Positions 26,592-37,113 of a stretch of 64,000 nt of DNA are shown here, in pieces. The first letter of the stretch is position 1. Every line of letters starts with the position of its first letter. The translations under genes were made by a program, and so were the position numbers. This stretch comes from Smithellaceae bacterium (lineage in GTDB: Bacteria; Desulfobacterota; Syntrophia; Syntrophales; Smithellaceae): NCBI GenBank assembly GCA_963667845.2, contig CAXXVL010000002.1, forward strand, positions 1,216,001 through 1,280,000, read 5' to 3'. The notes below the pieces were generated by a model. The model worked only from the letters and a program-made list of their open reading frames with translations. It had not been told where the DNA came from and did not search any database.

Positions 26592-27809
26592 ATGAACGAT
26601 GAAAAATTATATATTGTCCTGATGGGATTGCCGGCCCGGGGAAAATCCACGCTGGCCGTGCGCTTGCGCGATGCGTTCCGTAAAGATCACATTGCCACAC
26701 GCATATTCAACAACGGCAATCTGCGCCGGATTTACCGACCGCTCGCGGAAACATCGTGCGCCGAGTTTTATTCTCCGAATAATCCGGCCGCCGTGGCGCT
26801 CAGAAAACAATTCGCTCGAATGAACATGGAAAGAGCCCGGGTCTATTTGCGCAATTCCGGACAGGTCGCCATTCTGGACGCGACCAATGCAGGGCGTGAC
26901 CGCCGGCAGATGCTGGAAGACTATCTCAATGACTATCCGCTCCTCTTCATCGAATGCGTGAATGACGACGAGGACATTCTGTCGCTCAGCATCCTGGAAA
27001 AAACAAAACTGCCGGAGTTTAGCCAGATGGATTGCGAAAAAGCCAAGGCTGAGTTTTTGAAGAGGATAGATCACTACAAGATGATCTACGTCCCTTTGAA
27101 GGTTGAAAGAAATTATGTCCGCCTCGATTCGCTGCAGAACAAAATCATCGATGAAAAGCATACGGATTCAATTTCTCTGTTTGCCCGCCTGCGGGATTAT
27201 CTGGTGACCGATGAAGTCAGGAATCTCTTTTTGATCCGGCACACGCAAACGGCATTCAACCTGGAAAACCGCATCGGCGGCGACCCCGGTCTGACCGCCC
27301 TGGGCAAAGAGCAAGCGCTGGCGCTCGGGCAGTTTTTTTTCGGAAAGAAGATTTCGTATATCTTCACCAGCAGTAAAGTGAGAACGAAAAAAACGGCGGA
27401 AGCCATAGCAAGGATGCAGGACGGATGCCGGATCATAGCCCTCAAAGAGTTTGATGAAATCAGCGCCGGCGTCTGTGAAGGCATGACCTATGCCGAGATC
27501 GAACAGAAAATGCCGCAGGTGTTCCGTCAGCGCGAAGCTCATAAATACTCTTATGCGTATCCGGAAGGCGAAAGCTATGCGGCGATGAAGCCGCGAATCG
27601 AAGCAGGCATCAAGAAATCATTCTTTCTCAACCGGCGCTCGGACAACATTATGATCGTCGGACATCAGGCGGTGAACCGTCTGATCCTGTCTCACTTTCT
27701 TTACCGGCGCGACGTCGATGTCCCCTATATTTATATTCCGCAGGATCGATTTTATCACATCGTCTCGACGCAGAATAAGAAGCTATTTGAACTCAAACGC
27801 TATGACTGA
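26592..27809 (+). CDS. Bifunctional 6-phosphofructo-2-kinase/fructose-2,6-bisphosphatase-like protein
   Basis: Kinase: MGLPARGKST, IFNNGNLRR, ILDATN, FIEC..DD, FLKRIDHY. Phosphatase: RHTQ..N...RIGGD, DEISAGVCEGMTY, YPEGESY, GHQAV. Start MNDEK with RBS GAGG. Confidence 0.9.
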   Translation: MNDEKLYIVLMGLPARGKSTLAVRLRDAFRKDHIATRIFNNGNLRRIYRPLAETSCAEFYSPNNPAAVALRKQFARMNMERARVYLRNSGQVAILDATNAGRDRRQMLEDYLNDYPLLFIECVNDDEDILSLSILEKTKLPEFSQMDCEKAKAEFLKRIDHYKMIYVPLKVERNYVRLDSLQNKIIDEKHTDSISLFARLRDYLVTDEVRNLFLIRHTQTAFNLENRIGGDPGLTALGKEQALALGQFFFGKKISYIFTSSKVRTKKTAEAIARMQDGCRIIALKEFDEISAGVCEGMTYAEIEQKMPQVFRQREAHKYSYAYPEGESYAAMKPRIEAGIKKSFFLNRRSDNIMIVGHQAVNRLILSHFLYRRDVDVPYIYIPQDRFYHIVSTQNKKLFELKRYD

Positions 27810-27823
27810 CGGCTGAGCGTGAT

Positions 27824-27913
27824 AGGCTGTAGGCTTTTAGCCCGTTAGGACAAAAGGATGGGCGCTGAGCGCCCCACAAACGAACCTAATAGTCTGCAGT
27901 CTAACAGGCTTGC
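27824..27913. repeat. AGGCTGT-family repeats in inverted arrangement around a GC hairpin
   Basis: AGGCTGT AGGCTTTT AGCCCGTT AGG ... GGGCGCTGAGCGCCC ... CCTAAT AGTCTGC AGTCTAAC AGGCT. Confidence 0.65.
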
Positions 27914-28008
27914 TTTTCTCCTTGCGCTCGGTCTGTGTTCGCCCTATACTCGTTCAAAAAAAGAACCATCTGATTCCGATGAAAGGCTTTCTAGTATTTG
28001 GAGGCAGT

Positions 28009-28452
28009 ATGAAAAAGATGTTCATCTTCGCGGTTGCATTTTTTATTCTGTTTGCTTTTTCCGGTTTATTGCAGGCGGCGGATCAATCCATCGTCGGTGT
28101 CTGGTCGCTACCCATCCTGAAAGGAAAAGACAAAGGCAAGGAAAGGTTGCACGTCGAAATATTTGAAAAAGGCGGAATCTACTACGGCAAGATTGTAAAG
28201 CTTGTGACGGCGCCCGCCAACAGTCTGTGCACAAAATGCAAGAAAGACAGGCAAGACAAGCCCCTGATGGGCATGCTGATTCTCTGGGATCTCAAGAAGG
28301 AAGCGGGCCGGTATGCTGAGGGGAAGATTTACGAAGTGGAAGAGGGCACTGAATACAAATGTTCGATTGCGCAAGTTTCTCCGGAGAAACTGAAAGTGAC
28401 GGCCTGTTTACTTTTCCTGTGCGAGAGCCATTACTGGACGAGAGTGAAATAA
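28009..28452 (+). CDS. DUF2147 family exported protein
   Basis: Signal peptide, IVGVW, YYGKIVK, CTKC, PLMGMLIL, GKIY...G.EYKC, WTRV. RBS GGAGG. Confidence 0.8.
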   Translation: MKKMFIFAVAFFILFAFSGLLQAADQSIVGVWSLPILKGKDKGKERLHVEIFEKGGIYYGKIVKLVTAPANSLCTKCKKDRQDKPLMGMLILWDLKKEAGRYAEGKIYEVEEGTEYKCSIAQVSPEKLKVTACLLFLCESHYWTRVK

Positions 28453-28473
28453 GAAAATTTCAGAGTCTGTTCT

Positions 28474-28833
28474 TTATGTTTTAACCCACCTGGTTGCGGC
28501 CAAGGATGTCAAATTGGCGATGGTTCCCAGGATTCGACGCTGTTCCGGCAAGAGATTTTTAAAACCCAGTTGAATGCCGATGACGCCGATCGTTTCCTCC
28601 TGTGTTTTGATCGGGAAATAGAAAAACGGGATGCTGGGCAGAGTTTCCGTGCCCGAGCCGGCAACGGTGCCGTGGGTGACGCTCCAGTTGGCGACGGCCA
28701 TGTCGTTTGCGGTGATATCCGCAGCCGGATCACTTTTGGCCCAGATCATCGGGGCATCGTATAATGTCGCGGAGGTTTTGCCGACACCCGGGTATAGCCG
28801 AGAAATATTTTTAATCTTCCGGCTTGATATCAT
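28474..28833 (-). pseudogene. Internally deleted kdpD relic (Walker A fragment joined to KdpD GAF domain)
   Basis: An alternative frame gives GRLKIFLGY (28820-28794), shifting into PGVGKTSATL. This is followed by AVANWS..HG..AGSGTETLP...YFPIKT....IGVIGI...LLPEQRRIL, typical of the KdpD GAF domain. Confidence 0.7.
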
Positions 28834-28872
28834 CCCTTGTTACTTTTATTAAGAGAGCGTCGGGATCGGGTT

Positions 28873-30597
28873 TTAAGTCTTTTTCTTCCCTAGAGAGTTA
28901 CTTTTCCCTCCATTGACCGCTGATTGTTCCCATTCCTTAATGGCGGCATAAACCTGATGCGGGTCTTCGGCCATTTCCATGCTTTTTAAGAAATACCTGT
29001 TCTGGAATGTACGGGCGGCGACCGCCAGGAGCTGCAACTGAACTTCCGGCGTCGAAAGTGGGGAAAGACTTAAGAAAATATATTTGATCGGTTTTTCCGC
29101 AACGACATCGCCGATCCCCATTCTCGTCAAACCGAGTGCAGCAAGAGGTCTGTCTAATCCTTCAACTCGCGCATGGGGAAAGGCGACACCTTCGCTGTAG
29201 AAAGTGGAACCCTGCGCTTCCCTTTCCTTGACGGCAACTAATCCGGTCGCAAAATCGCAGGCCCGACTTTTAGCGCAGGCTGCTTTGACCAGTTTTTCGA
29301 GGACTAAAGCCGTATCTATGGGTTTGTCCCAGATAATAATCTCCGATTCACCGAGCAGGGAACTAAGCGTTGTATTTGGCGCCTGCACCGGCAACCCCTG
29401 GGAAGGAATCTGCACTTCCTCTTGCGATTCATTTTCAAAAAGACGGCGAGCCCCGGCAGCGTCTCTTTCCTGAGGCTTTGTGTCCAGTACGACGATCGTC
29501 ACTCCTCTGGCTTGTTCCATAAGATGTTCAGGGATGCTTTTCTTGCCCATAATCCTTTTCCAGATGGGGATGCGCGCAGGAGAACCGGTCACGATATGGC
29601 CGACCTGATATTCCCGGGCAAAACGCAGGATCGTGCCGGCAATATCTTCTCCCCTGTAAGTAAAGACCATAGCGCCCAGCTCCTTCGCCAGAGTCAGGAC
29701 ACCCGACAGCATCCGCTGTGTCCGGCTGTCGATCACGGTAGCCTCTTCGGAAGGGGTTTGAACATAAACGGCATACCAATTGCGGTTGAGCTTTCCGGCC
29801 AGTCGTGAAGCGTACCTGAGCAGCGTTTTGCTGTTGGGACCCCGCGAGCTGAGACAGACCATGATCTGATCCGGCACGATCGTGCCGTCTTCCGGTAGTG
29901 TATCGTGCCGTCTCAGATCGATCTGTGAGGCCATTTCCCGCAGCGTCAGCTCCCGCAGGTTTCCCAGATTGGGGGCCTTGAAAAAATTTCCCATAGCCGT
30001 CCCGACGCGCTCTGCCGGATAAATCTTCCCTGCCTTTAATCGTTCCTGAAGATCCTCCGGAGTTACGTCCACATTCACAATCTGATCCGCCTCAGCCAGA
30101 ATACTATCGGGCAAACGCTCCCGGACCTTAACCCCCACCGATTTTTCCACGGTGTTGTAGAGACTTTCCAGATGCTGGACATTCAGCGTTGTAATGACGT
30201 GGATGCCGGCGGCCAGGAGATCCTGGACATCTTCATAACGCTTTGCATTTTTGCTGCCGGGTACATTGGAATGAGCCAGCTCGTCAACCAGGACTACCTG
30301 CGGCTTACGGCGTAAGACGGCCTGCACGTCCATTTCTTCCAGGATGATGCCCCGATGCTGTTGCAGGAATTTGGGGATAACCTCCAGACCTTCGACAAGT
30401 TCTGCCGTCTCTGCCCGGCCATGGGTTTCCACGATGCCCACGACCACGTCGACGCCCTCCTGCTTGAGCCTTTTCGCCTCCAGCAGCATCTGGTAAGTCT
30501 TGCCGACACCCGCCGCATAACCTAAGTAAACCTTCAGGTGTCCCCGTTGGGAACGGCGGATCATGCGCAGGAAGGTATCGGCTCTTTCATCCGTCAT
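28873..30597 (-). CDS. Soluble KdpD N-domain + USP + PTS EIIA fusion protein
   Basis: GHLKVYLGYAAGVGKTY, VLVDELAHSN, TTLNVQHLESL. USP segment VCLSS...YAVYV. EIIA motif EREAQGST...GVAFPHAR. No TM or kinase domain. Confidence 0.88.
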   Translation of the reverse strand: MTDERADTFLRMIRRSQRGHLKVYLGYAAGVGKTYQMLLEAKRLKQEGVDVVVGIVETHGRAETAELVEGLEVIPKFLQQHRGIILEEMDVQAVLRRKPQVVLVDELAHSNVPGSKNAKRYEDVQDLLAAGIHVITTLNVQHLESLYNTVEKSVGVKVRERLPDSILAEADQIVNVDVTPEDLQERLKAGKIYPAERVGTAMGNFFKAPNLGNLRELTLREMASQIDLRRHDTLPEDGTIVPDQIMVCLSSRGPNSKTLLRYASRLAGKLNRNWYAVYVQTPSEEATVIDSRTQRMLSGVLTLAKELGAMVFTYRGEDIAGTILRFAREYQVGHIVTGSPARIPIWKRIMGKKSIPEHLMEQARGVTIVVLDTKPQERDAAGARRLFENESQEEVQIPSQGLPVQAPNTTLSSLLGESEIIIWDKPIDTALVLEKLVKAACAKSRACDFATGLVAVKEREAQGSTFYSEGVAFPHARVEGLDRPLAALGLTRMGIGDVVAEKPIKYIFLSLSPLSTPEVQLQLLAVAARTFQNRYFLKSMEMAEDPHQVYAAIKEWEQSAVNGGKSNSLGKKKT

Positions 30598-30662
30598 AAC
30601 GATTCACCTTGCCAAAAAAAATTCAGTCTCCGTTAAACCTTCTCATCATACGAAGGACACAC

Positions 30663-32501
30663 TTATCCTGCTTGACGGGTTTCGGTCAAATCGTCCGCTC
30701 TTTTCAGGGTAAAGGAAAAGGTGGTTCCTTTACCTTCCTCGCTTTCCACGTTGATGCTTCCCCCGTGGGCCTCCACGATTTGCTTGGCGATAGTCAGGCC
30801 CAGCCCGGCGCCGGTTTCCGATTTTTGATCGGGCACCCGGAAAAATTGTTCAAATATCCTTTGCATAAACTGATGGGGAATGCCGCTCCCGGTGTCGGTG
30901 ACGGAAAAACGGACCATCTGCTCCTCCGGAATTGCCGAGATCGTGATGCTCCCGCCGGGCGCCGTAAACCGGAGCGCATTGGACAGCAAATTGGAAAAAA
31001 CATGGCTGATTTGAGTCGTGTCTGCACAGACCTTCGGCAGATCATCAGAGAGCTGCATCTTCAATTCAATCCCTCCGTCCTGAGCGGTCCGCCGGAAGGG
31101 TTCCACGGCATCCAGAACCAGGGATTGAGTGTAAATCTCCTGACAATCCATTTGGAGCCGGCCCGATTCGATCCGGCTGATATCCAGCAGACTCTGAAGG
31201 ATTTGATGGAGGCGGTCGCTGTCTTCCCTGGCGGCTAAAAGGAGTTCCGTCTGTTTTTCTGTAAGGGCGCCCACTTTTTCTTCCAACAGCAGATGAATGG
31301 CCATGCGGATCGATGTCAGAGGGGTTTTCAACTCATGAGATACCGTGGCAATCACGCCCCGCTTCATTTCGTCTACGTGACGCTGTTCGGTCACATCTTT
31401 CATAATCAAAAGGACGCCAGTCGGGTGGCCGTCACGATCGGTCATCGGCGCTGCAGTCGCGCGAAAATAACGCTCCTCACCGTTTACAAAAAGCTGGATT
31501 AAATTTTCTTCTTCAAGATTTTCTAACGCGGCTTGATCGATAAATTTATGGAAAAGACGGCTCAGCTGCCCAATGGGGACATCTTGAACCAATGCGCCTG
31601 CCGTGAGGCCGAAGAGCTTTTTTGCCGCTTGGGTTGATATCTCCACTTTTCCATCAAGATCGGCAATGGCTGCGGCATCCGGCAGCCTGCTGAAGGTTTC
31701 TTTGGCGGCTTCCTCGGTGCGCGCAAGCTTGGCCTGATCACTGCGGCGAAAAGCGCGAAGACTCAACGCCATATCGTTGAAGGCCTCCGAAAGACGGCCT
31801 ATTTCATCCCGGGAATCAACTTTGACAACAAGATCAAGATTCCCGTCGCGGATGGCCTCCGCAGAAAGGATCAGGCGGCGAATAGGATTCAGAATCCACT
31901 TTCCAACAAGGATAATAAAGGCGACGGCGACCAGGATGCCACACAGGACGAAGAGCGACATTCTCTTTTGAGCCGCCGCAGCGTTTTTTCTGGCCCGGTC
32001 ATTGGCCTCATTCATATTCTTTTGATTCATCTGCTGGATGTCATCTGCCGTGCTTTTCACCTGCTGAAACAGCGGCAGGATCTCATTAAAATAAACGCGG
32101 CGGGCGCCGAATGATGGGGGCTGCATTCGCAAATCGTGGATTCTGGATTGGTAATTGATAAAAAGAGCCTGCAATGCGGCAGCTTTTTCCCCTTCACCCG
32201 GGACGGTGATGTTATGCAGTTCAATGTCAAGTGCTTTTTTAAAAGCTGCTTCATTCTTTTTAATTAGTTCATCTCCCATCTGCTGATAACCAAGGAAGAT
32301 AAAGAGCGCACCACTGTCCATGCGCTCCAGGGCTTCCTTCATCTCCTGACAGGCGACAACGCTGCGATAATTTTCCTTCAGGATCACATCAATTGAGTGA
32401 CCAAGGTGTCTGAATTGGATGATGCTTTGTATGCCGCCGATCAACATGATCAGCAACAACCCTCCGAATCCCAATAACAACTTTTGACGAAGACTAAGCA
32501 T
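30663..32501 (-). CDS. Membrane sensor histidine kinase (periplasmic helical sensor, HAMP, PAS-like, HisKA, HATPase)
   Basis: Two TMs, DEIGRLSEAFN HAMP, VSHELKTPL, NLLSNA, DTGSGI, GAGLGL. Start trimmed to MLSLRQK. Confidence 0.9.
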   Translation of the reverse strand: MLSLRQKLLLGFGGLLLIMLIGGIQSIIQFRHLGHSIDVILKENYRSVVACQEMKEALERMDSGALFIFLGYQQMGDELIKKNEAAFKKALDIELHNITVPGEGEKAAALQALFINYQSRIHDLRMQPPSFGARRVYFNEILPLFQQVKSTADDIQQMNQKNMNEANDRARKNAAAAQKRMSLFVLCGILVAVAFIILVGKWILNPIRRLILSAEAIRDGNLDLVVKVDSRDEIGRLSEAFNDMALSLRAFRRSDQAKLARTEEAAKETFSRLPDAAAIADLDGKVEISTQAAKKLFGLTAGALVQDVPIGQLSRLFHKFIDQAALENLEEENLIQLFVNGEERYFRATAAPMTDRDGHPTGVLLIMKDVTEQRHVDEMKRGVIATVSHELKTPLTSIRMAIHLLLEEKVGALTEKQTELLLAAREDSDRLHQILQSLLDISRIESGRLQMDCQEIYTQSLVLDAVEPFRRTAQDGGIELKMQLSDDLPKVCADTTQISHVFSNLLSNALRFTAPGGSITISAIPEEQMVRFSVTDTGSGIPHQFMQRIFEQFFRVPDQKSETGAGLGLTIAKQIVEAHGGSINVESEEGKGTTFSFTLKRADDLTETRQAG

Positions 32502-32594
32502 GTTTCTCCCAGACGGTTTAGCCTGTTTCCTGATCATCCATGCGATCAGGAAACAGGCTTCGTTAATTATAACTCCTTTTTATCCATAGGATTA

Positions 32595-33176
32595 CTATTT
32601 ACCGTCTATATCCAGATTCAGCAAGAAAACATTCACCCGCGGTTCGCCGAAAATTCCCATATCGCGACCTTCAGTGTGCGACAGAATCATCTTATGCAAC
32701 CGCGCTTCCCCGACGCCTCGGGCCTTGGCGACACGTCTTGCCTGCGTGAGAGCATTTTTCACGCTGATATGGGGGTCCAGACCGCTGGCTGAAGTCGTTA
32801 CGGCGTCCACAGGAATGACTGCCTCAGTCGCCAGGTTATTTTCCGCCCGGTAGGCGGCAGCGCGCTCTTTGACCGTATCGATCAGCTTCCGCGATGTCGG
32901 TCCCAGATTGCTGCCGCCGGAATTGGTGGCGTCATACCCGCTTCCCGCCGCCGAGGGACGGGGGTGGAAGTAACCCGGACCGGTAAAATGTTGCGCCAAT
33001 AGGGACGAACCAGCGGCCTGACCCTTTACCAAGACCAGCGAACCGTTGGCCTGATCAGGAAACAAGCCCTGGGCGCAAAGCCACACAGCGGCCGGATAAA
33101 CGCCGCACAGCACAATGGCCAAACAGACCGTCGCAATCATGGAAATACGTAGCTCGTTGATGATACTTTTTATCAT
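32595..33176 (-). CDS. kdpC: K+-transporting ATPase subunit C
   Basis: QANGSL, YFHPRPSAAG, SGGSNLGP, SASGLDPHIS, GEPRVNV. RBS GAGGAGG. Confidence 0.95.
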   Translation of the reverse strand: MIKSIINELRISMIATVCLAIVLCGVYPAAVWLCAQGLFPDQANGSLVLVKGQAAGSSLLAQHFTGPGYFHPRPSAAGSGYDATNSGGSNLGPTSRKLIDTVKERAAAYRAENNLATEAVIPVDAVTTSASGLDPHISVKNALTQARRVAKARGVGEARLHKMILSHTEGRDMGIFGEPRVNVFLLNLDIDGK

Positions 33177-33187
33177 GAATATCCTCC

Positions 33188-35209
33188 TCACATCCAGGGC
33201 AAAATGCCCGTCAGCACATCGATCAGTTTAATGCCTACAAACGGAGCAATAAGCCCCCCCAGCCCGTATATGAATAGGTTTCGTCTCAAAAGCGAGGAGG
33301 CGGAAAGTGGCCGGAATTTCACACCCCGCAGGGCCAGCGGAATTAGCGCTACAATGATCAGCGCATTGAAAATGACGGCGGAAAGAATGGCGCTCTGCGG
33401 AGATCTCAGTCCCATGATGTTCAAAGGGACAATTTCCGGGAAGAGTGTGATCAGCATCGCCGGGATAATGGCAAAATATTTTGCCACATCGTTGGCGATA
33501 CTGAAAGTCGTCAACGCTCCCCGCGTGATCAGCATCTGCTTGCCGATTTCAACGATTTCGATCAGCTTCGTGGGATTGGAATCCAAATCCACCATATTGC
33601 CGGCTTCTTTTGCCGCCTGCGTGCCCGTATTCATAGCCACGCCCACATCAGCCTGGGCCAGGGCCGGAGCATCATTCGTTCCGTCGCCCGTCATGGCGAC
33701 CAGGTGGCCTGCTGCCTGTTCCTTGCGGATCAGGGCCAGTTTGTCTTCCGGTCTTGCCTCGGCCAGATAATCATCCATGCCGGCCTCTGTCGCGATAGCC
33801 TCCGCCGTGAGCTTGTTATCGCCTGTGATCATCACGGTCTTGATGCCCATGGCCCGGAAACGGGTGAATCGGTCTTTCAGTCCGCCCTTGACAATGTCTT
33901 TGAGATGAATGATTCCCAGGACGCGCTCATTTTCGGCAACAACGAGAGACGTTCCTCCCGAGCGTGAAATATTCTCGCTGGCCTCCCGGACGTCCTCAGA
34001 AAAATCAGCGCCGATGAAATCTCTGATGGCATCCGGGGCGCCTTTGCGAATCTTTCGGCCGTCAACGTCTACTCCGCTCATGCGGGTGTGGGCCGTGAAA
34101 TTAATAAAAGCGGCATGGGGCATCTCTGCGATGGTGCGACCGCGCAGACCATACTGCTTGGCCAGGACGACGATGCTCCGGCCTTCCGGTGTTTCGTCGC
34201 TAAGCGACGCCAGCTGGGCGGCATCAGCCAATTTTTCAGAAGTCACGCCCGGTGCGGGGAGAAATTCCGTGGCCTGCCGGTTGCCCAGCGTTATGGTTCC
34301 TGTTTTATCCAGCAGAAGCACATCAATGTCTCCGGCCGCCTCGACGGCTCGGCCGCTCATGGCCAGGACATTTTTTTGCACCAGCCGGTCAATGCCTGCA
34401 ATCCCGATGGCGCTCAAGAGTCCGCCAATGGTCGTAGGAATCAGGCAGACCAAAAGGGCCACAAGAACGGTGATGCTAAAAGAAATGCCTGAATACAGTC
34501 CGAAGCATTTCAAGGTCAGGATGACGACCAGGAAAATAATCGTCAGAGCCGAAAGGAGAATGATCAGGGCAATTTCGTTGGGCGTTTTCTGGCGACGAGC
34601 CCCCTCGACTAGGCTGATCATCCGGTCCATAAAGCTCTCTCCGGGATTGGCGGTAACGACCACCTTGATTTGATCGGACAAAACCCGCGTACCGCCGGTG
34701 ACGGCGCTCCGGTCGCCGCCGGACTCACGGATGACCGGCGCTGATTCTCCGGTAATAGCGGACTCGTCCACGGAGGCTACGCCTTCTACCACTTCACCGT
34801 CAGAGGGTATCAGCTCTCCTGCCGAAACGATGACCACATCTCCTTTGCGCAACATCTCCGCCGAAACCTGTTCCCGGCCACCGGAGGCCAGGGTACGATG
34901 GGCGATGGTATGGGTTCTTGTCTTGCGTAATGCATCGGCCTGGGCTTTGCCGCGCCCTTCAGCCATGGCTTCGGCGAAATTAGCAAAGAGAACGGTAAAC
35001 CACAACCAAATCGCTATCTGGAGTCCAAATCCCAGGGACTCACCAGGCGTTCCAAAAAAAAGGCTGACGGTCGTGATCAGGGCGCCTGCTTCGGTTACAA
35101 ACATCACCGGATTCTTCATCATCGTCAGAGGGTGAAGCTTCTTGAAAGATGCACTCATCGCCCCGGCAATAATATGCCGATCGAAAAGTGAAAGTTGTTT
35201 AGCAGCCAT
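33188..35209 (-). CDS. kdpB: K+-transporting P-type ATPase subunit B
   Basis: [38 protein letters not shown]. Confidence 0.98.
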   Translation of the reverse strand: MAAKQLSLFDRHIIAGAMSASFKKLHPLTMMKNPVMFVTEAGALITTVSLFFGTPGESLGFGLQIAIWLWFTVLFANFAEAMAEGRGKAQADALRKTRTHTIAHRTLASGGREQVSAEMLRKGDVVIVSAGELIPSDGEVVEGVASVDESAITGESAPVIRESGGDRSAVTGGTRVLSDQIKVVVTANPGESFMDRMISLVEGARRQKTPNEIALIILLSALTIIFLVVILTLKCFGLYSGISFSITVLVALLVCLIPTTIGGLLSAIGIAGIDRLVQKNVLAMSGRAVEAAGDIDVLLLDKTGTITLGNRQATEFLPAPGVTSEKLADAAQLASLSDETPEGRSIVVLAKQYGLRGRTIAEMPHAAFINFTAHTRMSGVDVDGRKIRKGAPDAIRDFIGADFSEDVREASENISRSGGTSLVVAENERVLGIIHLKDIVKGGLKDRFTRFRAMGIKTVMITGDNKLTAEAIATEAGMDDYLAEARPEDKLALIRKEQAAGHLVAMTGDGTNDAPALAQADVGVAMNTGTQAAKEAGNMVDLDSNPTKLIEIVEIGKQMLITRGALTTFSIANDVAKYFAIIPAMLITLFPEIVPLNIMGLRSPQSAILSAVIFNALIIVALIPLALRGVKFRPLSASSLLRRNLFIYGLGGLIAPFVGIKLIDVLTGILPWM

Positions 35210-35295
35210 AATAGTGAATCCTCTTTATTTAACCCCGCCATGCGGGATAAGTGAGTTTACGAATTTGTTTACTGCCGCAAACATATTCTAACTTT

Positions 35296-37098
35296 CTAAA
35301 ATAGTTTTCCCGAGCCCGTCATCATAAAATGTTCCACAATGGGACCCATAGCCAGGGCCGGGAAGAAGGTTAATGCGCCCACAATGAGCACCGTTCCGAC
35401 CAGCAGGACAACGAAAGTGAGGCCGGACACGGGGAAACTGCCTGTGCTTTCCGGCGTCAATTTCTTTCCGGCCAGGCTTCCGGCCAGCGCGAGGACCGGC
35501 ACGATAAAGAGAAAACGGCCAAAGAGCATGGCAAAACCCAGCGTGATGTTCAGCCACGGGGTATTGGCGTTTAATCCTGCAAAAGCGCTGCCGTTATTGC
35601 CGACAGACGACGAATAGGCGTAAAGGAGTTCCGACAGACCATGCGGCCCTGTGTTGTTCAGCGAGGCTATGCCCCAGGAGCTGACGGCCGCCCAGGCCGC
35701 AAAGCTGAGGATACTGAAACAGAGGACTAGGACAGCCAGAATGCTGACCTTGACATCGTAGGCTTCGATTTTTTTCCCCAGATATTCCGGCGTGCGCCCG
35801 ACCATCAGACCGGCCAGAAATACCGTGAGGATCACGAAAACCAGCATGCCGTAAAGACCGGCGCCCACCCCGCCAAAGACCACTTCACCCAGTTCTATGT
35901 TGACCAGAGGAACGAGCCCCCCCAGGGGGGTAAAGGAGTCGTGCATGGCGTTCACCGCGCCGCAGGAGGCATCGGTCGTGACAGTTGCAAAAAGCGCGGA
36001 ATCGAAGATGCCGAAGCGAGCTTCCTTGCCTTCCATATTACCTCCGGCCTGCTCAATGCCCTGGGCCGTCAGATGGGGATTGCCGGCCGATTCGGCCGAC
36101 CAGCAGATGAGAACGCCGGCTACAAAGAGCACGGCCATCGCTCCCCAGATGGCCCAGCCATGACGGCGGTTTTTAACCATCAACCCCAGAAAATAGGTAA
36201 GTGCGCTGGGAATCAGAAAGATGGAAAGCATCTGGATGAAATTCGTAAGCGGCGTCGGATTTTCATAAGGATGAGCAGCGTTGGCATTGGTGAAGCCACC
36301 GCCGTTGGTTCCCAGCATCTTGATGGCTACCTGCGAGGCCATGGGCCCCTGGGCGATCGTTTGGGTGTCAACTTTTTTATCTTCCATGACCAGTTTGCCC
36401 TGGGCATCCTTCAAACTCTGACCGTTGGCATCCTTTTTTTCGACCTGCGTGGTATAAGGTTCAACCAATTTCACCGTATCATAGGGTTTAAAATTCTGAA
36501 TCATTCCCTGGGAGACCAGAAAGAGCGCGTAGAATAAACAGATCGGTAAAAGCAAATAGAGATTCACCCGCACCACGTCCACCCAAAAGTTACCGACGGT
36601 TCGGGCGGTGTGGCGCGCGATACCGCGCACCAGGGCGGCGGCGACGGCAATCCCGACTGCGGCGGAAAGAAAATTGTGCAAAGTGAGCCCCACCATCTGC
36701 GAAAAGTAGGACATCGTGGATTCCCCGCCATAGCTTTGCCAGTTGGTATTGGTGGTGAAACTGGCCGCCGTGTTGAAGGCCAGATCGGGGCTCAGCGGGC
36801 CCAGTCCCTGCGGATTCAAAGGCAGCAGATGCTGAATCCGTAAAATGATATACGTGAAAGTGAGGCCGATCAGACTGAATAAGAGCAGAGAAAAGGCATA
36901 TTGTTTCCAGTTTTGTTCCTGTTTTCGATCCACTCGGAAAATCCGGTAGAACAGAAGTTCCACGGGCTTCAATAAGGGATCGAGAAACGTGCGCCCTTCG
37001 CCGTCCAGAACCCGCGCCAGGTAAAGCCCCATCGGCTTGGTTAGAACCAGGAGCACGCCGACAAATACTGCGAGTTGCAGCCATCCATACCTATCCAT
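35296..37098 (-). CDS. kdpA: K+-transporting ATPase subunit A
   Basis: NTNWQSY, LGTNGGG, SCGAVN, NNGSAFAG selectivity loops, GRTPEYLGKKIE. Confidence 0.98.
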   Translation of the reverse strand: MDRYGWLQLAVFVGVLLVLTKPMGLYLARVLDGEGRTFLDPLLKPVELLFYRIFRVDRKQEQNWKQYAFSLLLFSLIGLTFTYIILRIQHLLPLNPQGLGPLSPDLAFNTAASFTTNTNWQSYGGESTMSYFSQMVGLTLHNFLSAAVGIAVAAALVRGIARHTARTVGNFWVDVVRVNLYLLLPICLFYALFLVSQGMIQNFKPYDTVKLVEPYTTQVEKKDANGQSLKDAQGKLVMEDKKVDTQTIAQGPMASQVAIKMLGTNGGGFTNANAAHPYENPTPLTNFIQMLSIFLIPSALTYFLGLMVKNRRHGWAIWGAMAVLFVAGVLICWSAESAGNPHLTAQGIEQAGGNMEGKEARFGIFDSALFATVTTDASCGAVNAMHDSFTPLGGLVPLVNIELGEVVFGGVGAGLYGMLVFVILTVFLAGLMVGRTPEYLGKKIEAYDVKVSILAVLVLCFSILSFAAWAAVSSWGIASLNNTGPHGLSELLYAYSSSVGNNGSAFAGLNANTPWLNITLGFAMLFGRFLFIVPVLALAGSLAGKKLTPESTGSFPVSGLTFVVLLVGTVLIVGALTFFPALAMGPIVEHFMMTGSGKLF

Positions 37099-37113
37099 TC
37101 CGTGATACCTCCG

